Shown here piece by piece: positions 10,729 through 20,032 of a DNA stretch of 37,250 nt (position 1 is its first letter; every line of letters starts with the position of its first letter). Below the pieces are notes generated by a model that was not told the origin of the DNA, did no database searches, and was given only the letters and a program-made list of their open reading frames with translations. Where the stretch lies: the sequence record DRR723986_8790; one strand, 5' to 3'. Made by a program: the position numbers and the translations under genes.

Positions 10729-11317
10729 GCTCTGCTCCTATCGCGTTCTGTTCAAGTATCTTGCAAATTTCTTGGACCGATTCCTGGATGTCTCGGTTCA
10801 CGATTTTGTATCTGTAGTGGCCGACGGCCTGCAATTCTTCGGTAGCAGTTTGCAGCCGTTTTAGCACGGCTTGCTCATCGTCGGTCTTTCGGCTGACAAG
10901 CCGCTGGCGTAGCTCTTCTTCACTTCCCGGATGGATAAAGAAGCTCAGTGTGTCGTCGCGTTGTTGCATGACCGACAAGGCACCTTGGACGTCAATCTCA
11001 AGGATGACCCACTTGCCTGCAGCCAGAGCTTCATCAACGGTTTCGGCAAATGTTCCGTACCAATTGGCCCCGAACACCTCCTTACACTCCAGGAAGGCTC
11101 CTTCGGACCGTAATTGGTTGAAGCGCTCTGTTGTTACAAAGTGGTAGTCACGTCCATCGATTTCGCCAGGGCGTGGTGCCCGTGTTGTCGCGGAGACACT
11201 CATTTGAAGCGGCAGTGAACAGGTGCGCAACAGTTCCTTCAGCACGGTACTCTTGCCCGCGCCGGAAGGTCCCGAAACGATTATCAACTGCCCCCGCGCC
11301 ACAGGTTCACTCCACAT
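10721..11317 (-). CDS. gmk: guanylate kinase
   Basis: [43 protein letters not shown]. Confidence 0.97.
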   Translation of the reverse strand: MWSEPVARGQLIIVSGPSGAGKSTVLKELLRTCSLPLQMSVSATTRAPRPGEIDGRDYHFVTTERFNQLRSEGAFLECKEVFGANWYGTFAETVDEALAAGKWVILEIDVQGALSVMQQRDDTLSFFIHPGSEEELRQRLVSRKTDDEQAVLKRLQTATEELQAVGHYRYKIVNRDIQESVQEICKILEQNAIGAEHA

Positions 11318-12185
11318 TTTGCACCAGTTCTCGCATCTGCTCGATCGTCGTCTTCATCTCTACAACGTGCTGAGCGATCTCGGCATCGTTGGCTTTGGAT
11401 CCGATTGTGTTCACTTCACGAAACATTTCCTGAATCAGAAAGTCCAATCGTCGTCCTTCGCAAACATCGCTGTCGGCGTGTTTGCCAAACTGCTCAAAGT
11501 GACTTTCAAGTCGGACAATTTCCTCACGGACATCCAGCTTGTCGGCCAGTAGGACTACTTCACGGGAAAGATCCGCTGGCGAAACACCTTCTGCAACCGT
11601 TGATTCGATCCGATCGGTCAATCGTTTGGAAAACTCTTCCATCACGACCGGCGCACGCTCGGTAATCTTGGCGCAGAGGCCTTCGAGCCGTTTGAGCTGC
11701 GAAAGCAAGTCCTTGAGCATCGATTGGCCTTCGCGCTGCCGCATTGCGACCAAATCTCGAATCGCAATATCGAGCGCCTCTTCTGCGGCGGCACGAATCT
11801 CAGGGGCAATCTCGGCAGTCAATCCCGACTCGCGGACTTCTTGAACGCAGCCGGGCAACGACAGCAAGTCGACCAAGCGAACGTCCCCGCCATCGACTTC
11901 GGCCGCAACATCACTGGCTTGCTGGAAGTATGACTTGAGCACTTCTGGCTGGAGAGCATAGACGCTCGATGGCCTGCCGCCGATTAATTGCATATTGAGC
12001 TGGATTGAACCACGACGAATTTCACGTCGTAGCCGTCCTTCCAATTGCGGTTCCAGAGGCGAAAGCGCATCTCCGACTCGCGACTGCAACTTGAGGTGAC
12101 GGTTGTTGACGGCGCGAAGCTCCACTGAAACCTCGACGGTCTCGACCTGAACTCTTCCGCCACCTTGGCCGGTCATACTTCTCAA
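11307..12185 (-). CDS. yicC: YicC/YloC family endoribonuclease
   Basis: [57 protein letters not shown]; start uncertain (TTG 12185 or ATG 12176). Confidence 0.93.
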   Translation of the reverse strand: MRSMTGQGGGRVQVETVEVSVELRAVNNRHLKLQSRVGDALSPLEPQLEGRLRREIRRGSIQLNMQLIGGRPSSVYALQPEVLKSYFQQASDVAAEVDGGDVRLVDLLSLPGCVQEVRESGLTAEIAPEIRAAAEEALDIAIRDLVAMRQREGQSMLKDLLSQLKRLEGLCAKITERAPVVMEEFSKRLTDRIESTVAEGVSPADLSREVVLLADKLDVREEIVRLESHFEQFGKHADSDVCEGRRLDFLIQEMFREVNTIGSKANDAEIAQHVVEMKTTIEQMRELVQNVE

Positions 12186-12275
12186 ATCAGGGTCCCTGAA
12201 GGGATCAATCAACGTGACAAACGATTCGACCGCTGCATGGCGAACGAATGTTTCTGGCGAGTAGACCGTTCAGGC

Positions 12276-12797
12276 CTAGTTGTTATTTGGTTCACTGCCG
12301 TCGGTTGAGCTCTCGCCCTCACCGGAAGCATCGCCCGCAGAAGTGGTACTTGTGTCCTCGCCAGCGGAGTCTGCAACTTCACCAGCTACCGCTTCGGTTC
12401 CTGCACCAGCTTCAGTGTCGCTATCGCCGGCGTCTTCATTTCCTGCTGCACCACTGCTTGTAACGTCACTGCCTGTTGCACCTGTGCCGACTGATTCGTT
12501 AGCTGGTGATTCAATCGACGCGCCACCGGTCAAGCCGGTGCTCGGTAGTGGCGGTGCTTTGAGAAAATAGACGGCAGCCGCACACAAGAAAATCCAAACG
12601 GTTGCAATGCCGATGGTAATCTTGGTGAACAAGTCCCCTGCTTTGGTACCGAAGGCGCTTTGGCCTCCGGGCCCGCCCAGAGCTCCCGTCAATCCTCCGC
12701 CTCTTCCACGCTGAACAAGCACCAACAGGATCAAGAACCCTGAGGCAAAGAAGATTGAGATTCCGAAAAAGTACTGCGACATGTCAGCCAAGAGCAT
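12276..12797 (-). CDS. secG: preprotein translocase SecG with long acidic low-complexity tail
   Basis: Two TM segments around [15 protein letters not shown]; directly downstream of tpiA. Confidence 0.9.
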   Translation of the reverse strand: MLLADMSQYFFGISIFFASGFLILLVLVQRGRGGGLTGALGGPGGQSAFGTKAGDLFTKITIGIATVWIFLCAAAVYFLKAPPLPSTGLTGGASIESPANESVGTGATGSDVTSSGAAGNEDAGDSDTEAGAGTEAVAGEVADSAGEDTSTTSAGDASGEGESSTDGSEPNNN

Positions 12798-12863
12798 TTC
12801 TAATCCCTCATGGGAAACAGGATAGGCCGAGCCGTCCGGGCTCGCACCGATGTGATGAATTGT

Positions 12864-13619
12864 TTACGATTTTGCAGCCGCTACGATGGCTGCAAAACTA
12901 TCAGCTTTGAGCGACGCGCCACCGACGAGTGCACCGTCGATGTTCGCTTGGCCCATGAGTTCTTCAGCATTGTCAGGTTTGACGCTGCCACCGTACTGAA
13001 TCCGAATGGCTTCGGCAGCGTCACCGCCGAATAGCTCAACGAGCAGTCCGCGAATCTGAGCATGAACTTCTTCCGCCTGTGCGGGGGAAGCGGTCTTGCC
13101 GGTTCCGATCGCCCAAACTGGTTCATAAGCAATCACGATCGTCGCTGCCTGTTCGTTGCTCAGTCCCGCTAGCGATCCTTTGACTTGGGTCGCGATAACG
13201 TCCGCCGTCTTCCCGGATTCACGCTCCTCGAGCGTCTCGCCAACGCAAACGATTGGGATCAGGTTGCCCGCGAGTGCAGCGACAAGCTTTTTGTTTACCG
13301 ATTCATCTGTTTCACTGTAATACTGGCGTCGCTCGCTGTGCCCGAGAATGACGTACTGGCAACCGATATCGGTCAGCATGGCCGCCGAGACTTCACCGGT
13401 GTAGGCACCTTCGGCTTGGTCACACATGTTCTGTGCGCCCAGGCCAACTGAACTGCCTTTCACTGCAGCACTGCATGCTTGCAGATAAACCGCTGGAGGA
13501 CAAATCGCAGCCTCAACGTCACTTCCCTGAACCGCCTCCGCAACTCCCTTTGCCAGCCCAACAGCCGACTCCTCAAGGAGATTCATTTTCCAGTTGCCAG
13601 CGATAAATGGCTTTCTCAA
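12864..13619 (-). CDS. tpiA: triosephosphate isomerase
   Basis: AGNWKMN, GHSERR, AYEPVWAIGTG, YGGSVKP, GALVGGASL. Confidence 0.98.
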   Translation of the reverse strand: MRKPFIAGNWKMNLLEESAVGLAKGVAEAVQGSDVEAAICPPAVYLQACSAAVKGSSVGLGAQNMCDQAEGAYTGEVSAAMLTDIGCQYVILGHSERRQYYSETDESVNKKLVAALAGNLIPIVCVGETLEERESGKTADVIATQVKGSLAGLSNEQAATIVIAYEPVWAIGTGKTASPAQAEEVHAQIRGLLVELFGGDAAEAIRIQYGGSVKPDNAEELMGQANIDGALVGGASLKADSFAAIVAAAKS

Positions 13620-13691
13620 GTTTTCAAACTCCAGTTTGGTTCAATCTATTGTGTGGAAACATGCCGCCCGTGCTGGGGTGGCGTATCTTTG

Positions 13692-14729
13692 CTACGCCGC
13701 TGTTTCGGCAAGCTGCTTTACTGATTTATCGAGCACGCCCGCGATCTCTGTGAGCTGTTTCATCAGTTGACTGTAGGCGTCCGGTAGCAGAGCCTGCGGT
13801 CCATCACTAAACGCTTGCTCGGGCGCATCATGGATTTCGATATGAACACCGTCGGCTCCGGCGGCGAGCCCCGCCATCGCACAGGAAGGTATCAGTTCAG
13901 GTTTGCCCGTTGCGTGGCTGGGGTCAACGATGATGGGCAAGTGGCTTTGTGTCTTCACCAGCGGGACGGCAGCCACATCGAACAAGTTGCGTGTCGCCGG
14001 ATCAAATCCCTTCACACCGCGTTCGCAGAGGATCACGTTCGGATTCCCCTGACTGAGCACATACTCGGCACTCATCAACAAGTCCGTGACGGTCGCCGAC
14101 ATGCCTCGCTTTAACAGGACAGGCTTGTTGGTCTTGCCGGCTTCGGTCAGGAGCACGAAGTTTTGCATGTTGCGAGCACCAATTTGCAACATGTCAGCAT
14201 ACTGTGCCACGAGCTCTACATTGCGAGGGTCGGTCACTTCGGTGACAACCGGCATGCCGTGCTTGTCTCCTGCCTCGCGCAGGATTTGTAGTCCCTCTTC
14301 ACCCAAGCCTTGGAATGCATAAGGGCTCGTGCGAGGCTTGTAGGCGCCTCCGCGAAGGATGTTCGCACCTGCCCGTCGAGCAGCTTGTGCAAGAGTGTCC
14401 ATCCGCTCACGAGTTTCTACGGAGCAGGGACCTGCGATCATCGCCAATTGACCACCGCCGACCGGCACGCCGCCAACGTCGACCACGCTATCCTTCGGAT
14501 GGGCTTCGCGACTGGCCAACTTATATGCAGGCAATACGCGGAGGACATCCTGAACACCGGAAATGCTTCGCATCTTGGATTCGACGGCGGGATCTTCGTC
14601 TCCGATGATGCCCACGATCGTTCGATGCGTACCAGTGCTCACGTGCGCAGCAAACCCCATCGATTCAATCGCCGTAACGACTGAATCAACTGTTCCCTGG
14701 TTGGCATCGCTGCGAAGGATAACGATCAC
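13692..14729 (-). CDS. aroF: DAHP synthase (type I-beta, N-terminal regulatory domain)
   Basis: IAGPCSVE, RGGAYKPRTSPY, QIGARNMQN, LLKRG, CERG, DPSH, SDGPQAL. Confidence 0.96.
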   Translation of the reverse strand: MIVILRSDANQGTVDSVVTAIESMGFAAHVSTGTHRTIVGIIGDEDPAVESKMRSISGVQDVLRVLPAYKLASREAHPKDSVVDVGGVPVGGGQLAMIAGPCSVETRERMDTLAQAARRAGANILRGGAYKPRTSPYAFQGLGEEGLQILREAGDKHGMPVVTEVTDPRNVELVAQYADMLQIGARNMQNFVLLTEAGKTNKPVLLKRGMSATVTDLLMSAEYVLSQGNPNVILCERGVKGFDPATRNLFDVAAVPLVKTQSHLPIIVDPSHATGKPELIPSCAMAGLAAGADGVHIEIHDAPEQAFSDGPQALLPDAYSQLMKQLTEIAGVLDKSVKQLAETAA

Positions 14730-14792
14730 TGACGTGAGCCTTTAGGGGCCGGGAGACGTGCGTGAAGCCACAATTTGGGCTGGAAACGCGAT

Positions 14793-14821
14793 AGTTTACC
14801 GCCCTACTCAATACCCGTCGA
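14793..14821 (-). promoter_or_regulatory. candidate sigma70 promoter for aroF
   Basis: Minus strand reads TCGACG-N17-TAAACT. Confidence 0.4.
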
Positions 14822-14930
14822 GGCGTTATTTGCAGGCAACAGATCGGCCAACGGCAACCGACTGCCAATGCAACTGACCTTACTGTGTGAAAAGTTGAAC
14901 GATGTAGCACTAGAACGTGTCAATTGAGAG

Positions 14931-14960
14931 CATTTGGCAGCTTTTGCTAGTTGCCAAATG
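14931..14960. promoter_or_regulatory. inverted repeat / candidate operator overlapping the -35
   Basis: CATTTGGCAGCT-tttgct-AGTTGCCAAATG: 12-bp arms with one G/T mismatch. Confidence 0.6.
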
Positions 14961-14979
14961 TTCGACTCGTATTGATAAT
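14951..14979 (+). promoter_or_regulatory. sigma70-like promoter predicting a leaderless transcript
   Basis: TTGCCA-N17-GATAAT; the ATG at 14986 begins 7 nt after the -10. Confidence 0.6.
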
Positions 14980-14985
14980 GACTAT

Positions 14986-15402
14986 ATGGCAATCCACCGC
15001 ACCATTTTATCCTTGATCTTGCTGCTATCTGCGGCTGCTGGTCAAGCACCTTTGTGGCTTCACCAAGCCTCAGAGTGCTGTTCAGCGGTTCATGCCGGTG
15101 CGCCCGCGAACAGCGACGGCCAGGATGTCTCCGGCACTGGCTGCGATGAATGTTGCGAAGTTCGCGAAGTCTGTGCTTCGCCAGCCGCTGCCGTAGAAAC
15201 GCACCCGCTGCAGGTAGAGCCCAAGCAAATCCACGAGAGCTGCTTCTCATGCATGCAGCTTTCCCAAGTCGCCTCCGAGGCGGAAACTTGGTCACCTCTC
15301 TCAGTATCGCCTCTTGGCGTATTGGTCTGCTCGGTTGCTTCAAGCCGTGAATCTCTATTCGACGGTTTTTGTGTAGCGCGAGGCCCGCCCACTGCGGCCT
15401 AA
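14986..15402 (+). CDS. Cys/His-rich leader protein with C-terminal RGPP (DUF2946/CruR-like uORF)
   Basis: 138 aa: hydrophobic N-terminus (ILSLILLLSAAAG), ECC, CDECC, HESCFSC, ending VARGPPTAA*. Confidence 0.75.
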   Translation: MAIHRTILSLILLLSAAAGQAPLWLHQASECCSAVHAGAPANSDGQDVSGTGCDECCEVREVCASPAAAVETHPLQVEPKQIHESCFSCMQLSQVASEAETWSPLSVSPLGVLVCSVASSRESLFDGFCVARGPPTAA

Positions 15403-15532
15403 CTCTTTCGCTACCTAAATATCAGTGCTACTTGGCATCCCGCCGCGCCCTTCCTTGGTGTCTCGGCGTCATGTTTGTCAGTGCCGCTTCTCCCGCATGC
15501 AACCCACTTTTCGCATATACACAGACTCTCAA

Positions 15533-16480
15533 ATGAAGAATTCTATTATCCTGTCGCAGCATATTATCCGCCCTTCGCTGAAACGAAGCCGCGGCTTCAC
15601 GCTTGTCGAACTGCTCGTCGTCATTGCCATCATCGGCATCCTAGTTGGATTGCTGCTGCCAGCCGTTCAGGCAGCTCGCGAGGCGGCGCGTCGGATGCAG
15701 TGCTCGAGCAATATTCGTCAGTTAGGAATTGCTGTCCACAACTTTGAATCCGCTCATAAGAAGCTACCCTCCGGATTCACGTCGCATGGTACCAGTGGCG
15801 AACCAGGCTGGGGCTGGGCAACTTACTTGCTTCCATTCGCCGAGGGAGGCAATCTCTACAACAGCATCAATTTGGATGTCCCGATCGAAGAAGACATTCA
15901 CGCAATGCCTCGCAATACAGTCCTGTCGCTATTCGTCTGCCCCTCGGATCCATGGCCCAACCAATTTGAAATTGCCGAAGGCGATGGTCACGACCATGAC
16001 CATGATCACGACCATCTCTCTGACGGGTATTCCATGCGAATCGACGACGATGAACATAAGCTCTTCGAGGTTGCAAAGAGCAACTACGTTGGCATGTTCG
16101 GCACCTTCGAACTTGTCGATGCCCCATACAACGGCAACGGAATGTTCTTCGGAAACAGTCGACTGAAGTTTCGTGACGTTACGGATGGGCTTAGCAACAC
16201 GCTCATGATCGGTGAACGGAGTGGGCGATTGGGCGGCAGCATCTGGGCTGGCAATATTCCAGAAGCCGCCGAATCTTACGCACGGATCTTGGGAGTCGCA
16301 GATCACGGCCCCAACGAGCCTGATTCCCACTTTGAAGACTTTGGCAGCTACCACACCGGTGGAGTCAACTTCATGCGTGCCGACACCTCAACATTCTTCC
16401 TGCCCCAGACGATCGATCTTCAGGTGTATCAAGCGATGTCAACACGCGCTGGTGGCGAAGCTGCGTCGTATGTCGAATAG
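15533..16480 (+). CDS. DUF1559 (prepilin-type N-terminal cleavage/methylation) protein with His-Asp repeat
   Basis: [48 protein letters not shown]-terminal H-x9-D(T); HDHDHDHDH insert. ATG 15533 preferred over 15425. Confidence 0.93.
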   Translation: MKNSIILSQHIIRPSLKRSRGFTLVELLVVIAIIGILVGLLLPAVQAAREAARRMQCSSNIRQLGIAVHNFESAHKKLPSGFTSHGTSGEPGWGWATYLLPFAEGGNLYNSINLDVPIEEDIHAMPRNTVLSLFVCPSDPWPNQFEIAEGDGHDHDHDHDHLSDGYSMRIDDDEHKLFEVAKSNYVGMFGTFELVDAPYNGNGMFFGNSRLKFRDVTDGLSNTLMIGERSGRLGGSIWAGNIPEAAESYARILGVADHGPNEPDSHFEDFGSYHTGGVNFMRADTSTFFLPQTIDLQVYQAMSTRAGGEAASYVE

Positions 16481-16530
16481 CCGGTAATTTGCAAACCCCC
16501 GCTTTGAACGCGGCGGCGAAATTCAACGCT

Positions 16531-16569
16531 AAAGGGTGAAGGCTCGATTTCGAGGCTTCGCCCTTTTTT
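16531..16569 (+). terminator. intrinsic terminator after the DUF1559 gene
   Basis: AAAGGGTGAAGGCTCG-attt-CGAGGCTTCGCCC followed by TTTTTT. Confidence 0.8.
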
Positions 16570-16831
16570 CGTAAGCTGATTCACCGTGGCCCCCAATTGG
16601 GGGCCCCTGAGGTAAGAATTGCGAGCCAAATGGGATTTGATGCGTAAGTGTGATAGAGGACACTGCGTCCAGAGTTGCACAGCGCAGTCCGTTTGGGCCC
16701 GTCTTGCCCAATCAAGTCGCCCGTTCGACTCGCACTAGACTGCCACCGCAATCGCACGACAATAACGCGGCACAGATAACGGTGCTCATTCCGCTCACCT
16801 TCATTCCCACCCATTTCCTGGACCTACCGAA

Positions 16832-18034
16832 ATGAAATCCCTCAAACTGACATTTGGAATTGCTGGATTGCTTCTGGCGTTTTCTGTCTTGCCGGGCTGT
16901 AACGATACGGCTGAAACTGCGCAGTCGGACACCGACGCTGCTACCAATTCCGAAGGCCAAGACGCGTCCGAGGGAATGGCCGATGCTGATTCGAATTCTG
17001 AAAAGTCATCGGAAATGGCAGGCTCTTCAAGCGAAGGCGGTACCAGCAAGGACGACAACAGTGGAGCAGCCGACGCTGAGTCTGACGAGCCAGCTTGGGT
17101 CGACAACAACGACACCAAGTACCTGACTCTGAAGTCCCAAGTCGGCCGAGCCACGGAAGCCTACATTCAAGTTCGAGCGATGACGGACGAAACCAATGCC
17201 GTTGACCTAGCAAACTTAGCAGGCGCTTCACAACAAGTCGCCGTTGCATTGATGCAGCAAGACAAAGAAGACGAAGCACTCGGCTTCCTGTTTCAATCTG
17301 GCGACCTGATGCGAGCTGCAGACAAGATCGGTGATGAACAACTGGTTGATCAATACTTTATGCAAGCTTACTACTTAGAAGGTGTAGGGCGTGCACTGAA
17401 CGGCGAGTTTGAGAAGGCGCTTGGGGCTTTTGACGATGCAGTTCAAAAGGGCTTCAATCAATTCGCTACACTCGAGGGAGATCCTGAGCTGGCTGACTTG
17501 CGCAGTTCCGATGGCTTCGACAAGCGACTTGCCGAGTGGAAGAAAATCGCCCTCGAACGTGAAGAAAAAGAGCTGGAAGCAGAATTGGCAAAGGGCAAGC
17601 TCTTCGACTTCGAACTTGCACGAAAGGACATCGACGGCAACGATGTCGACCTAGCTAGCCTCAAGGGTAAGGTAACGATCGTCGACATCTGGGGAACATG
17701 GTGCCCTCCATGCCGTGCAGAGATTCCGTCGTTCGTCAAACTGCAAAAAGAATATGGCGAAGAGGGCTTTCAAATGGTCGGCGTCAACTTTGAGCGTGGT
17801 CCGTCGGAAGAAGCGAACATTGCGGGCATCCGAGACATGATTGCCTCCATGGAAATCAACTATCCATGCACCTTGGGGGACGACTCAGTTCTTGAACAAG
17901 TTCCTAATTTTGAAGGCTACCCAACAACTCTCTTCATCGACAAAGCGGGCAACGTCCGCATGAAAGCTGTCGGTCTGCACAGCTACGAATATTTGGAGTT
18001 GGTCGTCAAGAAGCTTCTCGAAGAAGAAGTCTAA
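16832..18034 (+). CDS. TlpA-like thioredoxin lipoprotein with TPR-like region
   Basis: Lipobox LPGC, acidic linker, TPR-like YYLEG..AL.GEFEKAL, WGTWCPPCRAEIP, YPTTLFID..G. Confidence 0.9.
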   Translation: MKSLKLTFGIAGLLLAFSVLPGCNDTAETAQSDTDAATNSEGQDASEGMADADSNSEKSSEMAGSSSEGGTSKDDNSGAADAESDEPAWVDNNDTKYLTLKSQVGRATEAYIQVRAMTDETNAVDLANLAGASQQVAVALMQQDKEDEALGFLFQSGDLMRAADKIGDEQLVDQYFMQAYYLEGVGRALNGEFEKALGAFDDAVQKGFNQFATLEGDPELADLRSSDGFDKRLAEWKKIALEREEKELEAELAKGKLFDFELARKDIDGNDVDLASLKGKVTIVDIWGTWCPPCRAEIPSFVKLQKEYGEEGFQMVGVNFERGPSEEANIAGIRDMIASMEINYPCTLGDDSVLEQVPNFEGYPTTLFIDKAGNVRMKAVGLHSYEYLELVVKKLLEEEV

Positions 18035-18045
18035 GCTGACGCTAA

Positions 18046-18519
18046 TTATTGGGAGGCTTTGGCCGCGAGAGAATTTTGCCTTGCGAAAAAAGCCTCCCAG
18101 TCATCTTTGAACTCAAGCTCACACCATAAGTCGACGACCACAGGGTTCGCGTCATTGATATGCGGCGAGGTCCAGTCGACTGCTGGCGGGCATTTGCCTG
18201 TGAGCATGAGGTCGATTAGCAATCGTCGCTGGCCTGAGTCGTTCGCGATGTTCTTAAAGCGGTATTGAAAGTACGCAATTGCCTTCAGTTCGACCAAACG
18301 TTGCTTATGATATTCATGCACCGGCAATACATCAGTAGTATCAGTGTACTGAAACCCTGATGAATCAATTTGCATCGGACCATTGTACATGTATTCATGT
18401 GCCACATTGAATCGCCATCGATGTTAGCTGATTTGCAGTGACCGGAAGCTGCCACTGACAAAGCACACGACTACTACCAATACTAATGCAGCCATTGCCG
18501 CGGCAAATCGCCTACGCAT
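18046..18519 (-). pseudogene. membrane/exported hypothetical gene interrupted by an in-frame TAA
   Basis: GGAGAGG then ATG 18519 gives MRRRFAAAMAALVLVVVVCFVSGSFRSLQIS, TAA at 18426-18424, then HRWRFN continuing in frame into ORF 18046-18405. Confidence 0.65.
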
Positions 18520-18657
18520 TCATCCTCTCCCGCGAAATTCTTCGCAAATCTCCCTTTGAGTCATACACGCGTTGCTTGTCGTGCCCGCCCGGTTCGATCG
18601 CGTCTGACTATGGAACACCTCACCAGGTAGGTTGCTTCGCATCTTCCATTAAGATGA

Positions 18658-18834
18658 CTAGTGGGCCTTTGAGAAATCAGCCGCAGCATGCTTCTCTTCG
18701 ATTTGCTTTAGAACGACTTCCGAATTCTTCAAATTGCGAGCATGAATCACAGCCTCTGGCTCGCCTGTCTCCTGACCAAGGGCGAAAGCGAGAACCATCG
18801 CGACAAGACATGCACTTCCACCGAGTTTTATCAT
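18658..18834 (-). CDS. 58-aa signal-peptide-bearing small protein or gene remnant
   Basis: MIKLGGSACLVAMVLAFALGQETGEPEAVIHARNLKNSEVVLKQIEEKHAAADFSKAH*; absent from the ORF track, whose shortest entries are 60 aa. Confidence 0.5.
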   Translation of the reverse strand: MIKLGGSACLVAMVLAFALGQETGEPEAVIHARNLKNSEVVLKQIEEKHAAADFSKAH

Positions 18835-18982
18835 TTCGATTTTCCAATAAAGTTATGCGCAGGTGCAACGCGAAATTTGGCATCTAAGTTAAAAGCGACG
18901 AGGGCTGCGAGGGCGGACGTTTCCGACAGAGGAGCTCTATGACGCGGTTGCTTCTGTGAATCGGTGTTAAGGAACGGTCCCA

Positions 18983-19450
18983 ATGACTCATGCAGAAACG
19001 CGCAAAAGTTCGACTGAGCCGGCCTCTCAAGCCTCAAATACCGAACCTGCTGTGGTCAAAGAAACGGTGGAGATCTCGCCGATTTCTGCAAACGGCGTTG
19101 GGGCTGCCTTGTCAGGTGTCGGCCTTGCTATTTGCATAATCGTTGCCTATGCAGCCGTGGGGTTTGATAGCCAATATGAAGCCAATCGGATTGCACTGGA
19201 GTATAAAGATTACCCAGCGGGAGACATCTCCTTCCCGTTTGACTGGCTGGCGCACTATGTTAAAGCACTCGTCCGTACGCTGATTTGCATCGCGGGGTGG
19301 CTTATCGGAACATGTCTTTGTGCTGCCGGTGGAACCACAGGTCTAGTGAGTTACTTGCGCGTTCGCGATGGACAAGCCGAATTCGCCATGATAGCAGGAG
19401 CGCTTGGGCCGATCCTGCTGGCGGGGACATTCTGGTGGCTCTACGGGTAA
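18983..19450 (+). CDS. hypothetical membrane protein (about 3 TM)
   Basis: AAGGA RBS; three hydrophobic segments. Confidence 0.7.
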   Translation: MTHAETRKSSTEPASQASNTEPAVVKETVEISPISANGVGAALSGVGLAICIIVAYAAVGFDSQYEANRIALEYKDYPAGDISFPFDWLAHYVKALVRTLICIAGWLIGTCLCAAGGTTGLVSYLRVRDGQAEFAMIAGALGPILLAGTFWWLYG

Positions 19451-19459
19451 TGTAGTCGC

Positions 19460-20032
19460 CTATTTGACGCGTTTCGCCTTACCTTTCATGAAGACGATCC
19501 ACTTGCCGTCAGGGCCTTTCACGCTAGACGAAACATCAATCGTGTCGTCTGAGGTGAATTGATACATATCGCGATACATTGCCTTCTTGTCTGGATCCGC
19601 CATGTCCGGCCCCTCGGCAAGGAGCGACAATGTCGATCCATCTTCGCTTACCGTGCCCTCATAGTGCCAAATGAAGTCGCTTGTATTGTCGACCCATGTG
19701 CCAATGTACTTTTCCTTTTTGCGATCATAGCCGACCGTCTGCCGCCCTTCAATCTTGAACCCATTCATCTCCGCCTTCATCGTATTGATCAGCCAAAACT
19801 CTCCGAGTAGCGATGATTCAATGGTGCCCGTCATCACCACTGCATCTTGGCCAGGGGCAGCAGCAGCAGAACTCTTGGATTCCCATTTGCCAGCCATCTT
19901 CTTCAGCCACTTGTGCTGTTTGGTCGCTTCAGCGGTGGGGATTTCCTGTGCCGTAACCTGCGTGCAACAAACAAACAGCAGTGAAGCGGAAAGCAATGGA
20001 ACGATGATGCTTGATGCGTTTCGAGTAGGCAT
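19460..20032 (-). CDS. DUF1579 family exported protein
   Basis: Signal peptide; HKWLKKMAGKW, GYD..KEKYIGTWVD, GPD. Confidence 0.85.
   Translation of the reverse strand: MPTRNASSIIVPLLSASLLFVCCTQVTAQEIPTAEATKQHKWLKKMAGKWESKSSAAAAPGQDAVVMTGTIESSLLGEFWLINTMKAEMNGFKIEGRQTVGYDRKKEKYIGTWVDNTSDFIWHYEGTVSEDGSTLSLLAEGPDMADPDKKAMYRDMYQFTSDDTIDVSSSVKGPDGKWIVFMKGKAKRVK

Noticed and set aside
18677-18883. 68-aa ORF with two CxxC (zinc ribbon?)
   Set aside because: It overlaps on the same strand a more protein-like signal-peptide ORF (18658-18834); the Cys pattern is likely chance.
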